Assembly: GCF_018977255.1 (NCBI RefSeq)
Contig: NW_024704743.1
Location: 34,412,001-34,476,000, forward strand
Source of the DNA: Callorhinchus milii
Lineage: Eukaryota
Direction: 5' to 3'
Length of the DNA: 64,000 bases
In this document: positions 35,301 to 47,300 of the stretch, piece after piece
Numbering within the stretch: position 1 is the stretch's first letter
Layout: each line of letters opens with the position of its first letter
Made by a program: the position numbers and the translations under genes
Notes under the pieces: generated by a model
What the model saw: the letters and a program-made list of their open reading frames with translations, nothing else
Database searches by the model: none
Told to the model about the DNA's origin: nothing

Positions 35301-38300
35301 ATACGAAGAGGTCAGAAAAATTGTTTAAAAAAATTAGGAAGGCAAAGAGGAATTATTAAATTATCAAGGAATATAAAAAGAAATAGTAAAATATTCTACA
35401 GACATATAATAACAAAAAAAAATCAAAATAGGAATAGGGCCACTCAGGGTTGGACAAGATAAGCTCACAGGCCGTTTTAGCGAAATGGGAGAAATATTAA
35501 ATAATTACTTTGCCTCAGAATTCACCAGGGAGACGGATCAGGTGGACATGACAGTAGAAGAAGAGATCAAAAATAATATAAATACATTTAAGATACAATG
35601 GGGAAACGTAATCGAAAAACAAACAAAACTCAGAGAGGATAACACCCCTGGTCCAGATGGATTGCATCCGCATATATTAAAAGAATCGACGGAAGAGATA
35701 GCAGAGGCACTATTACACATATATAATAACTCATGAGAAAAGGGAGTAGTGCCAGAGGACTGGAGGATACCTAATGTTAAACCTATATTTAAAAATGGAG
35801 TTAGAATAAGCCCAGGGAACTATAGACTGTCAGCTTAACATCGGTGGTAGGAAAGATAATGGAATACTTACTGAAGGAGGTAATAGAAAAACATCTGGAA
35901 ACAGAAAACATAATAAAGAATAGTCAGAACAGATTTCAAAAAGGAAGGTCATGCTCGACCAACCTCATTGAATTCTTTGAAGGGATTACACAAAGAGTAG
36001 ACAAGGGTAATGCGGTAGATGTAATATATTTAGATTTCCAAAAGGCGTTTGATAAGGTACCACATAATCGACTAATGACTGAGATCAGAGCATGTGGAGT
36101 CAGGAAAACAAAACAGAAAACAGAGTGGGGGTAAAGGGTAGCTACTCAGACTGGCAGGGAGTGGGCAGTGGTGTTCCACAAGGATCGGTATTGGGACCAC
36201 TGTTGTTCACAATACACATTAATGATTTGGACTCGGGAATCAGCAGTACAATTTCAAAAATTGCAGATGACACCAAATTGGGTGGAGTAGTTAATACAGA
36301 GGAGGACTGCAACAAATTACAGCAAGACATTAATAAACTTGCTGAATGGGTATTTAAATGGCAAATGCATTTCAATGTAGAAAAGTGTGAAGTGGTACAT
36401 TTTGGTAGAAGGAATAAGGAAGTCACACACATCCTGGAAAATAAAAATCTAAAGGAGCAAAGGCATCTAGGGGTACACATACACAATTCACTAAAAGTAG
36501 CAACGCAGGTTAATGAGGCCATTTTTAAAAAAAATAGAGACAAACCAGGCATTGGGGTTAACTTCTAGAGGGATAGAAATGAAAAGCAGGGAAGTTATGG
36601 TAAACTTCTATAGAACCGTGGTTAGATCACACTTGGAATACTGTGTGCAGTTCTGGTCCCCACATTATAGAAGGGATGTAGAAACACTGGAGTGGGTGCA
36701 AAGGAGATTCACAAGGATGATCCCAGAACTGAGAGGTTATACCTATCAGGAAAGGTTGAACATACTTGGACTCTTTTCTCTTGAAAAGAGGAGGGTAAGG
36801 GGTGACCTGATAGCGGTCTTTAAAATTATGAAAGGTTTTGATAGGGTAGACATAGGGAAGATGTTTCCACTTGTGGGGGAGACCAAAACCAGGGGCCATC
36901 AATATAAAATAATCACAAATAGATCAAATGGGGAAGTTAGAAGAAATTTCTTTACATAGAGAGTAGTGGGAATGTGGAACTTGCTACCACATGAGTTGTT
37001 GAGGCAAATAATATAGCTGTATTTAAGTGAAAACTAGATAAGTACATGAGGGAGAAAGGAATAGAAGTTTATGCTTGAAGGCTTAGTTGAGGAAGGGCAG
37101 GAAGAGGCTCATGTGGAGCATACACACCAGCATAGACCAGTAGGGCCAAATAGCCTGTTTCTGTGCTGTATATTCTAATGTGAAATATGAGTTGGACAGT
37201 ACTTACTGCAGTCAACACCTATTGTCTTTTGTTTAGATAACTTAGTGCATTATATTCTGATTCATTCAACAGTAGCATTTGAATGTTGTCTGAATGTATA
37301 GTGTGACACGCCCTGGCAGTTCTGGGTGGAGCACTGGATTGTTGGAGGTGTCATCCTTTGGAAAAGGGGTAAAACCCAGGTCCTTCCTGTATGGCTGTTC
37401 GGGTGTACCTAGAGATACCATGGCACTTTTGCCAAAGAGAAAGAAGTTTCTTCTGTTGTCCTGGCCAAAGTTCACCTGGATCAAATTGATCATTCATTTA
37501 GTTGCACATGGACATTGCTGTGTGAAATTGCTGCTGTGTCTGCCCACAAAATACGCAGTTACTGCAATCTGCAGCAAACTCTGTGAAGCATTTTGATGAT
37601 GTGATAAGTTGTCGTCAATTGCAAGGATTATTATAGATAGGAATATTATACTTTTGTATCTATTTGGTCTTGAAAATGTGCGTCCCAATGTTTTTGAATA
37701 CAGAATTTATGTAAAACAAAGTGACGGGATGGAGCTATGTTGAGTGATGGGTTTGAAGATTTATTTTGTTTTGTTTTTCAGACAGACCTTTGGGAGACGG
37801 TCAGTTTACATTTAGGAGGCGTGAAAAGCTTCCTTGTGCAAGGTACTCCTATGCATTTTTTTTTTGTTCAAAACATCAGCTAACTAAAATAGTTTCCCAT
37901 TGAGCTAAGGAATAGGAAATAGAAGAGTGAAGTGATGGAGTATAAAGATTGGCACAGACTATCCAGACTGAATGACCGTTTATGTGCAGTAATGTTCTGT
38001 ATAATTCTATACTGTGTTGTTTTCTGTATTCAGAATTCTCTCAGTTCTGCTGGAATTTTAATTTTCCAAATGTTTAGTTAACAGGCTGCTGGAGAAAGAT
38101 TGAGATTAACTAATGATGATCCTTTAATGCTTTGATCCAATTAATAAAGATGATAGATGACCATTACCTGATTGTAACCCATAAATGAGCACATTCCAGG
38201 TCAAAGCAGATCATGTACCTTCACCTGGAACATTGTATTGGAATTTAAACACTTCTTGATGTAAAACTATCTCCATTTGAATTATTAAAACCATAAGAAT

Positions 38301-41300
38301 CGTAGAAATAAATATTTTGATGCTGGCAAGGGACTAAAAGTTTCAATAATTTTCTTTCTAGCTAAATTTATTCACATATAATTGGAGGCGCCATCCTTCA
38401 TAAAAGGGGTAATACCCAGGTCCTGTATAGCTGTTCAGGTGCACCTAAAGATCCCATGGCACTTTTGCCAAAGAGAAGTCCTGTAGCTCAGTGGTTAGAG
38501 CACTCGCCTTTGCAAACGAGAGACCTGAGTTCAATTCCAGGCAGGGCGAAACCTTGGGCAAGTTTCCTTACTCCACACTCCTAATAATAATAATCCCTCC
38601 AAAACTAAAAACAATAATAAATTGGTCATTTTCAATCTCCGACTGTTTGTGGGACATTGCTGTGCGCAATTGGCTACCGCGTTCGCCCACAAATATACAG
38701 TCAATTCACTTTACAGTGTGTTCTATGATGCGCTTTGGGACGTCCTCCCAACGTGAAAAGCGCTATATCAAATGCAAGAAATATTATTATTATAGAAGGA
38801 AGTTTCTTCTGTTGTCCTGGCCAAAGTGCACCATGTACAGTCCAAAATGTGAAACTGCTTTTTACAGCCCATTACTGTATCTAGCTTGTGTTATTGTGTA
38901 TATTGTTGAGATTAAGAAACCTATATACGTTTTAAAAGTTGTTGCTCCCTGTTGTCAAATAGAGATACAATCTGAAAAGAGTTTGCAGTTGGTCAAGTCC
39001 AGATCTACTCCTCAATCAATATTGGCTGTCATTTATTAGCTTATTTTCAAATAGAGGATTTTGAATATTATTGAAAAAGTCTTAGTGACCATATATGAAA
39101 GGAGGATCTATGGGGAGAAATTCCACCTGGGTTTATATTTGCTCTATTCATACAGTGCTCCAGGTGGCACTTGTCCACACTCATATCTGTTGATGGTATT
39201 AACTAGAGATGACTGTAGGTTTCTCTTAATTTTAGGCTTAGTACTACGAGTTGCATAAATCACTCTAGCAGATAACATTTCCCTAAAATTGAGAAATCTA
39301 GAGAAAAAGTCCACATTACAGGACATCACTGAAGTTGAAAAGAATACGAGAGAAGATGTTATGGCAGTCTCTAATCCTAGTAAAAATACAGTTTAATCAT
39401 GCATTGGTTCAACAGATGTGTATGATATTTTCATGTACCTAAGCACAGCTGCATTGAAATTTGCTTCTGCAATGTACCCTCTTGAATTGACAGAAATTAA
39501 CAGGATTAAGATTTTCAATATAAATATGAAAGCCCCACTGCTGATCAGTAGGAAAGAAGGAAAGAAGGTGAAAATATATTTTGATCCCGAATTTGATATC
39601 CTGAACGCGGCAATATTGGTGTATGGAGATGAAAAATTGATGGCAAGTTCTAAGACATTCAATACATTTTTCAGTGAACCTTGGTGTTCATAACTGGTGG
39701 AGGGAAAGTATTGATCAGGTCTTCTCTTCTATACCAGAATGCAAATGTCATTTTGTTCAATTGCATTGTAGGACTTGGTTTGCTCCCCTGAATTGGACAT
39801 TCCAGACTTGCATATAGTGGAGGTAATGTATAATACCAACAAATATTGGCTTCATAGTAAAATATCTTCAGTACAGCCAATTTTAATCATCGGAAGGGAG
39901 AAGATTGTTTGTGTATTATTATAGTTTTTAATGTGCAATATAAAAATGGGGGGAGAGGGGAACTCTTCACTTAGAATCTTTCCCACCGCAAAATTTAAGT
40001 TGGTTTGTAGCAATGTGCATACTCCATTACAGTGCCCTTCAATATAACACTGGCTCGGTGTCGGGCTCCACCACTGTTAAGCGTTTTGAGATGCAACCTT
40101 GCATGAAAGGTGCTATAGAAAAGCAAGTTGGTATTATTGTTGGCTTACTTGGATTACTGTCCCCTGTCATACAAGTGTTATGTTAGCACCTCAAGGAGCT
40201 GTCTTCTTTCCCTATTCCCTTTAGCTATGCATGCACAAGAAGTGACTTGTCTTTCCTTATCCCTCTTCCAAAGTTCTTTGTTTTTTTAATTTTAATGCTA
40301 AGTCAACTTATCTTTTAAATTCTCAAAATGCATCATGCTATACTGTATAGTACTGGGTATTTTGTTCAGAGACTTAAGCTACACATCTCTAATGGAGGAT
40401 TTTACAATGGTATGCTTTCTCCTAAGCGTTTTGTTTGACCCTCAACTGATTTTCTCCACCTCCGCAACATTGCCCGACCGCCACTGCCTCACACCTCAGG
40501 CCAACGAAACCCTCAGACATGCATTTGTCACCTCAAGGCTCGACTGCAGAAACTCCCTCCTTGTTGGCCTCCCCAACTCTTCCCTCCACAAGATGCAGAT
40601 CATCCAGAACTCTGCAGCTCGTGTCCACTCCTGCGCCAGGCTCCATGGCCCCATTAACCCCACCCTCACCCGGCTCCACTGGTTCCCCATCCATCAGGAT
40701 AGAATTCAAAATTTTTGTCCTCACTTTCAATGCCCTCCATGGTCTTGCCCCCTCCTACATCTCTGACCTGCTGACCCTCTATCAACCTGTCCACTCCCTC
40801 TGTTCAGCAGGCTCCATGTCTCCCGCCCGATCCACTCTACCATTGGCAGCCGGGCTTCAACCTTCGCCTTGCTCCCTCTCTTGCCTCTTTCAAGGCATGG
40901 CTCAAGACCCTCCTTTTCGACTGTGCCTTCAACCACCCTCCTACCTCTTTACCCTCCCTCATCCCAACCCTGCCCCCGCACTCAGGTCCTGATCCCTGAC
41001 TGTTCAGCGCCTTGGGACATCCTCCCAATGTGAAAGACCCTTACAAGTGTAATTTTGTTGTTGTTGTTCTCTTATTTTTTTAAAAAAGTGGTTGTCTCTA
41101 TTGTACTTGTTTATTGAGCTAAACTCAAAAGGCTGTCATAAAAATCTAGAAGTTTATGGAGGTGTACAGTTACCACAATAGAATTATTGCTTGCATTCCT
41201 GACTCTTATAGACATTATGTCAATTGCAAGGATTGTTGTTGTTATTAAAATAAACATCAACTCTTTTGAAATAATTTGTTTTCACACGGTCTGCAATTGC

Positions 41301-44300
41301 AGATGTAAATGTAAGGTTACAGTATTTTGAACATTTATTTTAAAATTGAGTTTTTTTCCCCAGTTGGGATATCTCTTCAATTTTACTCTGCATCTCAATT
41401 GGCTGGCGCATTTCGCCCACAAAATACAGAGTCACTACACTTTGCAATAAATTCTGTGAAGCGCTTTGAAACATCTCGAAGACGTGACAAGGTGCTATAT
41501 CAAATACAAGTATTATTATCAAAACCCCTCAAAATTTGGAACACCTTTTAAATCTCCCCTTAACCTTCTCTGCTCTAAGGAGAATAACCCCAGTCTCTCT
41601 AGTCTTTCCACATAGCTGAAGTCCCTCATCCCTGGCATCATTCTGGTAAATCTCCTCTGCATTCTCCCCAATGCTCTGATGTTTGTAGCGTAATAAATCC
41701 TCCAAAAAATAATAATTTGGTCACTCAATCCTCAACCATTTGTGGGAAGTCGCTGTGCGCAATCGGCTGTTGTGGTTCACCCATAAAATATAGTCACTAC
41801 ACTTTACAGTGTATTCTGTAAAGCGCTTTGAGATGTCTATATCAAATGCAAGTATTATTTGTAAACTGATGTGATCTCCTAAGAACACTCTATTTTCTTC
41901 AACTATAAGATGTAGTAAAAATTCTTCAGACGTAAACTGCAAAATTAGAATGACCACTTGACCTTCCAGGGTGTTTTTTGGGTGTAACTTGGTGGTGTTG
42001 AATATTTTTTAAGATTGTGATTCCTGAAACCCAGTCTTCAACCCAAGAGAAGTCTGAAACAATTATCTCCGCCAGCGACGGTGATGTTGGTAGAAAGCCA
42101 AGCTCACTACAGCAACTAGAAGAGCAAAGGTGGCACAGTGATACAGAAGGAAAGTACAGTAGATTATTGAAGGTATGAGAAACATTATCAAGGTTAATTA
42201 TATTAGGCATGACGATCTATATATTAGTATTGACAACTCGTATTGACTTATCCGCAACTGTTTTTGGGACGCTGCCACGCTTCGGAGACAAGATAGTCAA
42301 TTCACTGTACATATATTGTGTGAAGCATATTATAACGCCTCGATGACGTGATAAGGCGCTAATCAAATCGAAGGATTATTTTTATAATACAATTATGAGC
42401 AAGAAAGAATGGCTTCCTTACCTCCCCCTGCATACTATTGGCTTCTCTCTGAAGATGCATAGATATGATTCCATATCCACTGGGTGTTGTTGTGAAGGCC
42501 TGACGTGCAATAACACACACACAACCTCTCCCCATTTTGAGCTCCCATAACTATTACCCTCTGCTTCCATCCCTACAACCAATTTCAAACCCATGTCCAT
42601 TATGGCCACATCCATACTCTTGATGCCCAGTGACCACAGTTTGTGAAGTAGTCTCATGTGATACTTTGTCACATGCCTTTTTGAAGTCTGGGTATCCTTA
42701 ATTATATGGCCTCCCACAGTCAATATAAGATGTCAACAACAAAGTTGAAATGAGATTGGTGCCCAAGTGGAATTCCAGCAGGTTGACTTGAGAATCTGAC
42801 TTGAGAATGGTGAACCTCATTTCAAACTCCATAACCCTCCATTTAGAAACAATTCAGAAATTGGAAAGTGATTATAACGTAAGACAACAACAACAACAAC
42901 AACAAGATTCCATTTATAAAGCGCCTTTCACGTCAGGAGGACGTCCCAAGGCGCTGCACAGTTGGGTCATGACCCGAGCAGGGGGGAAATGGTCAGGGTG
43001 AGGGAAGGGAGGGAGCGAGGAGGGGGAAATGGTCAGGGTGAGGGAAGGGAGGGAGCAAGGAGGGGGAAATGGTCAGGGTGAGGGGAAGGAAGGGAGGGAG
43101 CGAGGAGGGGGAAGAGAGTCGAGAGGGGAGCTGAAGGCACGGTCAAAGAGAAAGGTTTTGAGACCGGCCTTGAAGGAGGAAAGGGAGGAAGCAAGGCGAA
43201 GGCACTGGGGGATGGAGTTCCAGAGCCTCAGGGCTGAGAGGCTGAAGGCCCGACCACCGATGGTAGGGCGGTTGGGGCGGGGGACGTGGAGCAGACCAGA
43301 GCCAGAGGAACGGAGGGTACGGACAGGTAGGTAGGGGGATAGTAGGTTGGAGAGGTAGGAGGGAGCAAGGCCGTGAATGGCCTTGTAGGTGAGGATGAGG
43401 ATCTTGAAATCAATCCTCTGGGGGATGGGGAGCCAGTGGAGGCGAGCGAGGGTGGGAGTGATGTGATCGCGAAGCCTGGTGCGGGACAGTACACGAGCTG
43501 CAGAGTTCTGAATGACCTGCAGCTTGTGGAGGGAGGTGGCGGGAAGGCCGGCGAGGAGAGAGTTCCCATAGTCCAGCCTTGAGGTGATAAAGGCATGAAC
43601 TAGGGTTTCAGCAGCGTGAGGGGTGAGGTAATGCCATAGTCTGGCGATGTTCCGGAGGTGATGGAAGGCGGTGCCAGTTGTGGTGCGGATGTGAGGGAGA
43701 AAGGACAACTCAGGGTCGAACAAAACGCCGAGGTTCCTGACTGGCTTTGAGAGGTGGAGAGTGCAGCCTTGGATGCTGATGGTGTCAGCGCCTGAGGTTC
43801 GGAGGCGCTGGCGTGAGCCAATCAGGAGGGCCTCGGTTTTTCGCACGTTGAGCTGAAGAAAGTTGTCTCTCGTCCAGGACTCGATGTCGGACAGGCAGGC
43901 TGTCAGGACATCGGTGGTCGTGGAGTTAATAATAATAATAATAATAATCCTTGCATTTGATATAGCGCTTTTCACGTCAGGAGGACGTCCCAAAGCGCTT
44001 CACAGAACACACTGTAAAGTGAATTGACTGTATATTTGTGGGCGAACGCGGCAGCCAATTGCGCACAGCAATGTCCCACAAACAGTCGTAGATTGAAAAT
44101 GACCGATTTATTATTGTTTTGTTTTGGAGGGATTATTATTAGGCTCTGTGTGGAGTAAGGAAACTTGCCCAAGGTTTCGCCCTCTGCCTGGAATTGAACT
44201 CAGGTCTCTCGCTTGCAAAGCGAGTGCTCTAACCACTGAGCTACAGGACTCCACTCCTTGAGAGTAGAGGAGGAAAGGTAGAGTTGGGTGTCATCCGCAT

Positions 44301-47300
44301 ACATGTGGAAGTTAACTCCATGTCTGTGGATGATGTCACCGAGGGGGAGCATATAGAGGGTGAAGAGGAGGGGACCGAGGACAGAGCCCTGAGGGACACC
44401 ACACGAGACAGTGCGGGGGGTGGAGGAGAAGCCATTCGTCGAGACGAAGTGAAGACGGTGAGAAAAGTACGACCTAAACCATTCAAGGACAGTGCCTTGA
44501 AGGTTGAGGTGGGAGGACAAGCAGTGGAGTAGGATAGCGTGGTCGACCGTATCGAATGCTGCCGATAGGTCGAGGAGGACGAGGAGACAGAGGGAGCCCT
44601 GGTCACAGATGGTCAGGATATCATTGGTGACCTTGACCAGGGCAGTTTCTGTGCTATGGGCAGCACGGAAACCTGACTGAAGGGGTTCGAAAAGAGAATG
44701 GGTGGAAAGGAAAGAGCGCCGTTGGGAGGCGACAACTCTTTCCAAGACCTTGGAGAGAAAGGGGAGGTTGCAGATGGGCCGGTAACTTGATAGCTGCGAC
44801 GCATCAAGGGAGGGTTTTTTCAGGGTGGGCGTGATGATGGCAGTTTTTAATGGAATGGGGACAGAGCCAGAGGAGAGGGACAGGTTGATGATGTCAAGAC
44901 GAATTGGTTAATGTTGATGTTCCAGAATTCTCCACAAGTATATAAATGAAAGTGCCAAATTATTACTTTCGGGACTCAAAATTTCTGTTTCATCTCTTTT
45001 GATTCAGTTGTATTTTGATCTTACATAGAGTATAATATGTGTTGTTTTGTGCATTCTTCCAGATAACCAGTAAACTGAACCCTCCTTTGACAACTAAAGT
45101 TGGAAATAGAATGGGGCAATCGTGTAAGTGTGTGCTTTCCCAGAAATACTGACATTGTGATCTCTTCTTAAATTATAACTGGATTCAAACTCTTCATCAG
45201 TTAGTCGAGATGTATTTGAGGTTTATTTTTTATTCTTGCTGCAGGTAGGTCACTATTGGGGATAAATTCCTTCCAGTTTAGAATTATTCTATTTATTTCA
45301 AATTTTATAGAGCATCCAGAAATTGGCAAAGTGGAAATGTTTGTTGCCTAATTGTATTTTTTTTTAAATCATACAGCAACACCTAAGGTTTTGCTCCCAG
45401 TGCAAAACAAAAACTCAACAGAGAAAGAAATACAGCATGTACGTCCCAAATTGAGCTTAATTCCAGCTGTTGACTGGATCACTCCTGGTGATTCGGGTAT
45501 AAAGGTACTCGGTTTACTAAATGTTGAACGTACTCTTTACTTCCAACATTCTGTTGCTAGCACTCATTTTCATTGCAATTGAACCTCTCTTCTATCCCCG
45601 CTACTGAGTAAAAGTTGATCATTTCTTTAAAAGAGTCTGGTGGTGTCAGTTTTTTCTGAGGCAGGAGAGGTGGTTATCACTATTTTCTGAAGTTATGTAC
45701 AGGTGCTCATTACTGTCCAAGTCAAAACCTAAGCGGTAACAAGAGTGCATTCAGTTCTCCCCATGCATGTTCTGCCCCATGCTCCATGTATATTTAACAC
45801 AATGTGTTTCTGAAGGTTGGGTGGGGGGGGGAATGCTTCATATGCTAATGATTGCATGCATAATTTAGGGGCTCAGGATTTCAGTTGAACCCTTTGCCTA
45901 TAGTTTCTATGAGGTGTATTGTACTTGTGTAAATGCAAGTGTATTGTGCGTTCTATGTGAATCTTTTGTAAATGGAAATATACAGAGGGATGTCAAATGT
46001 TCTTTATTATGTATTTAACAAATTGTTAAATATTTAAAGAAATTCACTTAAATTTCCTTTGTATGCTTGTATTTACACACAGCGCTTCATACCCGAGTGC
46101 ATACACATGTTTTAAGTGATCCTACATTCTCATTTTTTCCATTCTCATTCAATAATTGTGAAATGTAAGAGTGCCAGTTTGAAGTAACTTGGCCACAAAT
46201 AATAACACATTCTGGTAATTGGGAAAACTCCTTTCGGATAAATATGGAAATACTATAGTGGTGTCATTTTTCTGGTTGACAATGTAGTCTGCTGCCACGA
46301 TATTTCAACTTAATGAACAAGTGAAGCTTGACAATGTTTTTTTTCCTCCTTGAGCAAGGATTTTGCATGTATTTTTTAAAGTAAATTTCTCCGTTCTAAC
46401 AATAACTTAATAGTACCCAATTTCCACCTTCTGTGTGTTGCATAAGGTGTGAAGAAATCAAATCATACAAGGACTTGTTTAAAACGTTGGACCACTTCAT
46501 TTGGTATATGGAATATTTTGAATTGGTGTAGTAATTATTTCATATTTTATCAAAAGGTTGATTCTCCTAGGACAACACAGAATCAGATACAAAGCTTAAA
46601 ATTTGACGATTCAGGTTAGGAATCTTGGACTTACTGCATTAAATATCTGTTGTTCTCTAACTTATGAAAAAACTAAATAAATTACTTATTGCAAATATGT
46701 TTTTGTAACTTGTAACAGAGGTGAAGTCTTCAGAGAGACAGTCCAAGATGATTCCTGAACCTGAAAGAAGTACAAACAAATCGCCGTATGTACCTGACAT
46801 TCTTTATTGCTGTGGTAGAGTAACCCCACGGGTGTGCACACACATACAGAAAGTAGAGAAGAAGAAATTTCCACCTACCTTGCAGATGGGTCCTCAAGCT
46901 ACTGGCAGTTATTGAATGTTTCTTAATGCTTACGCACTTCAGATTTACCCCACTATTTCTCCTGAGCTGATCTTCTAGCAATCTCTTTTGTAAACTGGTA
47001 TGCAGATGGCTGTTGTGCATTTGTATTCTGACTTAATAGACTAGTTATCATAACCTGAACAAACGCTGGACATGCATGTACTCCAAGTGCCACCAAATCT
47101 TTCTGAAAATTACCACAATAGAACTCCATTATAAGGTGGTTGTTTGGTTCATAAATCACAGCCCATTTCATATCAGGGCTGATGGACAGTGAGCACTCTG
47201 TATGCAGAAAGTCACTTGGCTTCCTGCATTATAAAATGGCTGACTTTTGGGTCATCGGATTACTTCATAAGATATCATGTTCTATGTGGTGCATGCTCAT

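Larger units (their letters stand above)
42885..44897 (-). mobile_element. Young 5'-truncated L2 LINE interrupted by a SINE
   Basis: Long open RT frames 44200-44745 and 43073-43927; [22 protein letters not shown]; (GTT)n tail. Confidence 0.95.

Noticed and set aside
43928..44253. tRNA-Ala-like sequences (also at 26110, 28063, 38478, 55956)
   Set aside because: They lack a proper acceptor stem and always run into the SINE core and tail, so they are SINE heads, not tRNA genes.
45225..45250. Pyrimidine tract plus CAG|GTAGGT, like a recursive splice site
   Set aside because: The host intron is only ~250 nt; recursive splicing is associated with very long introns and there is no other support.
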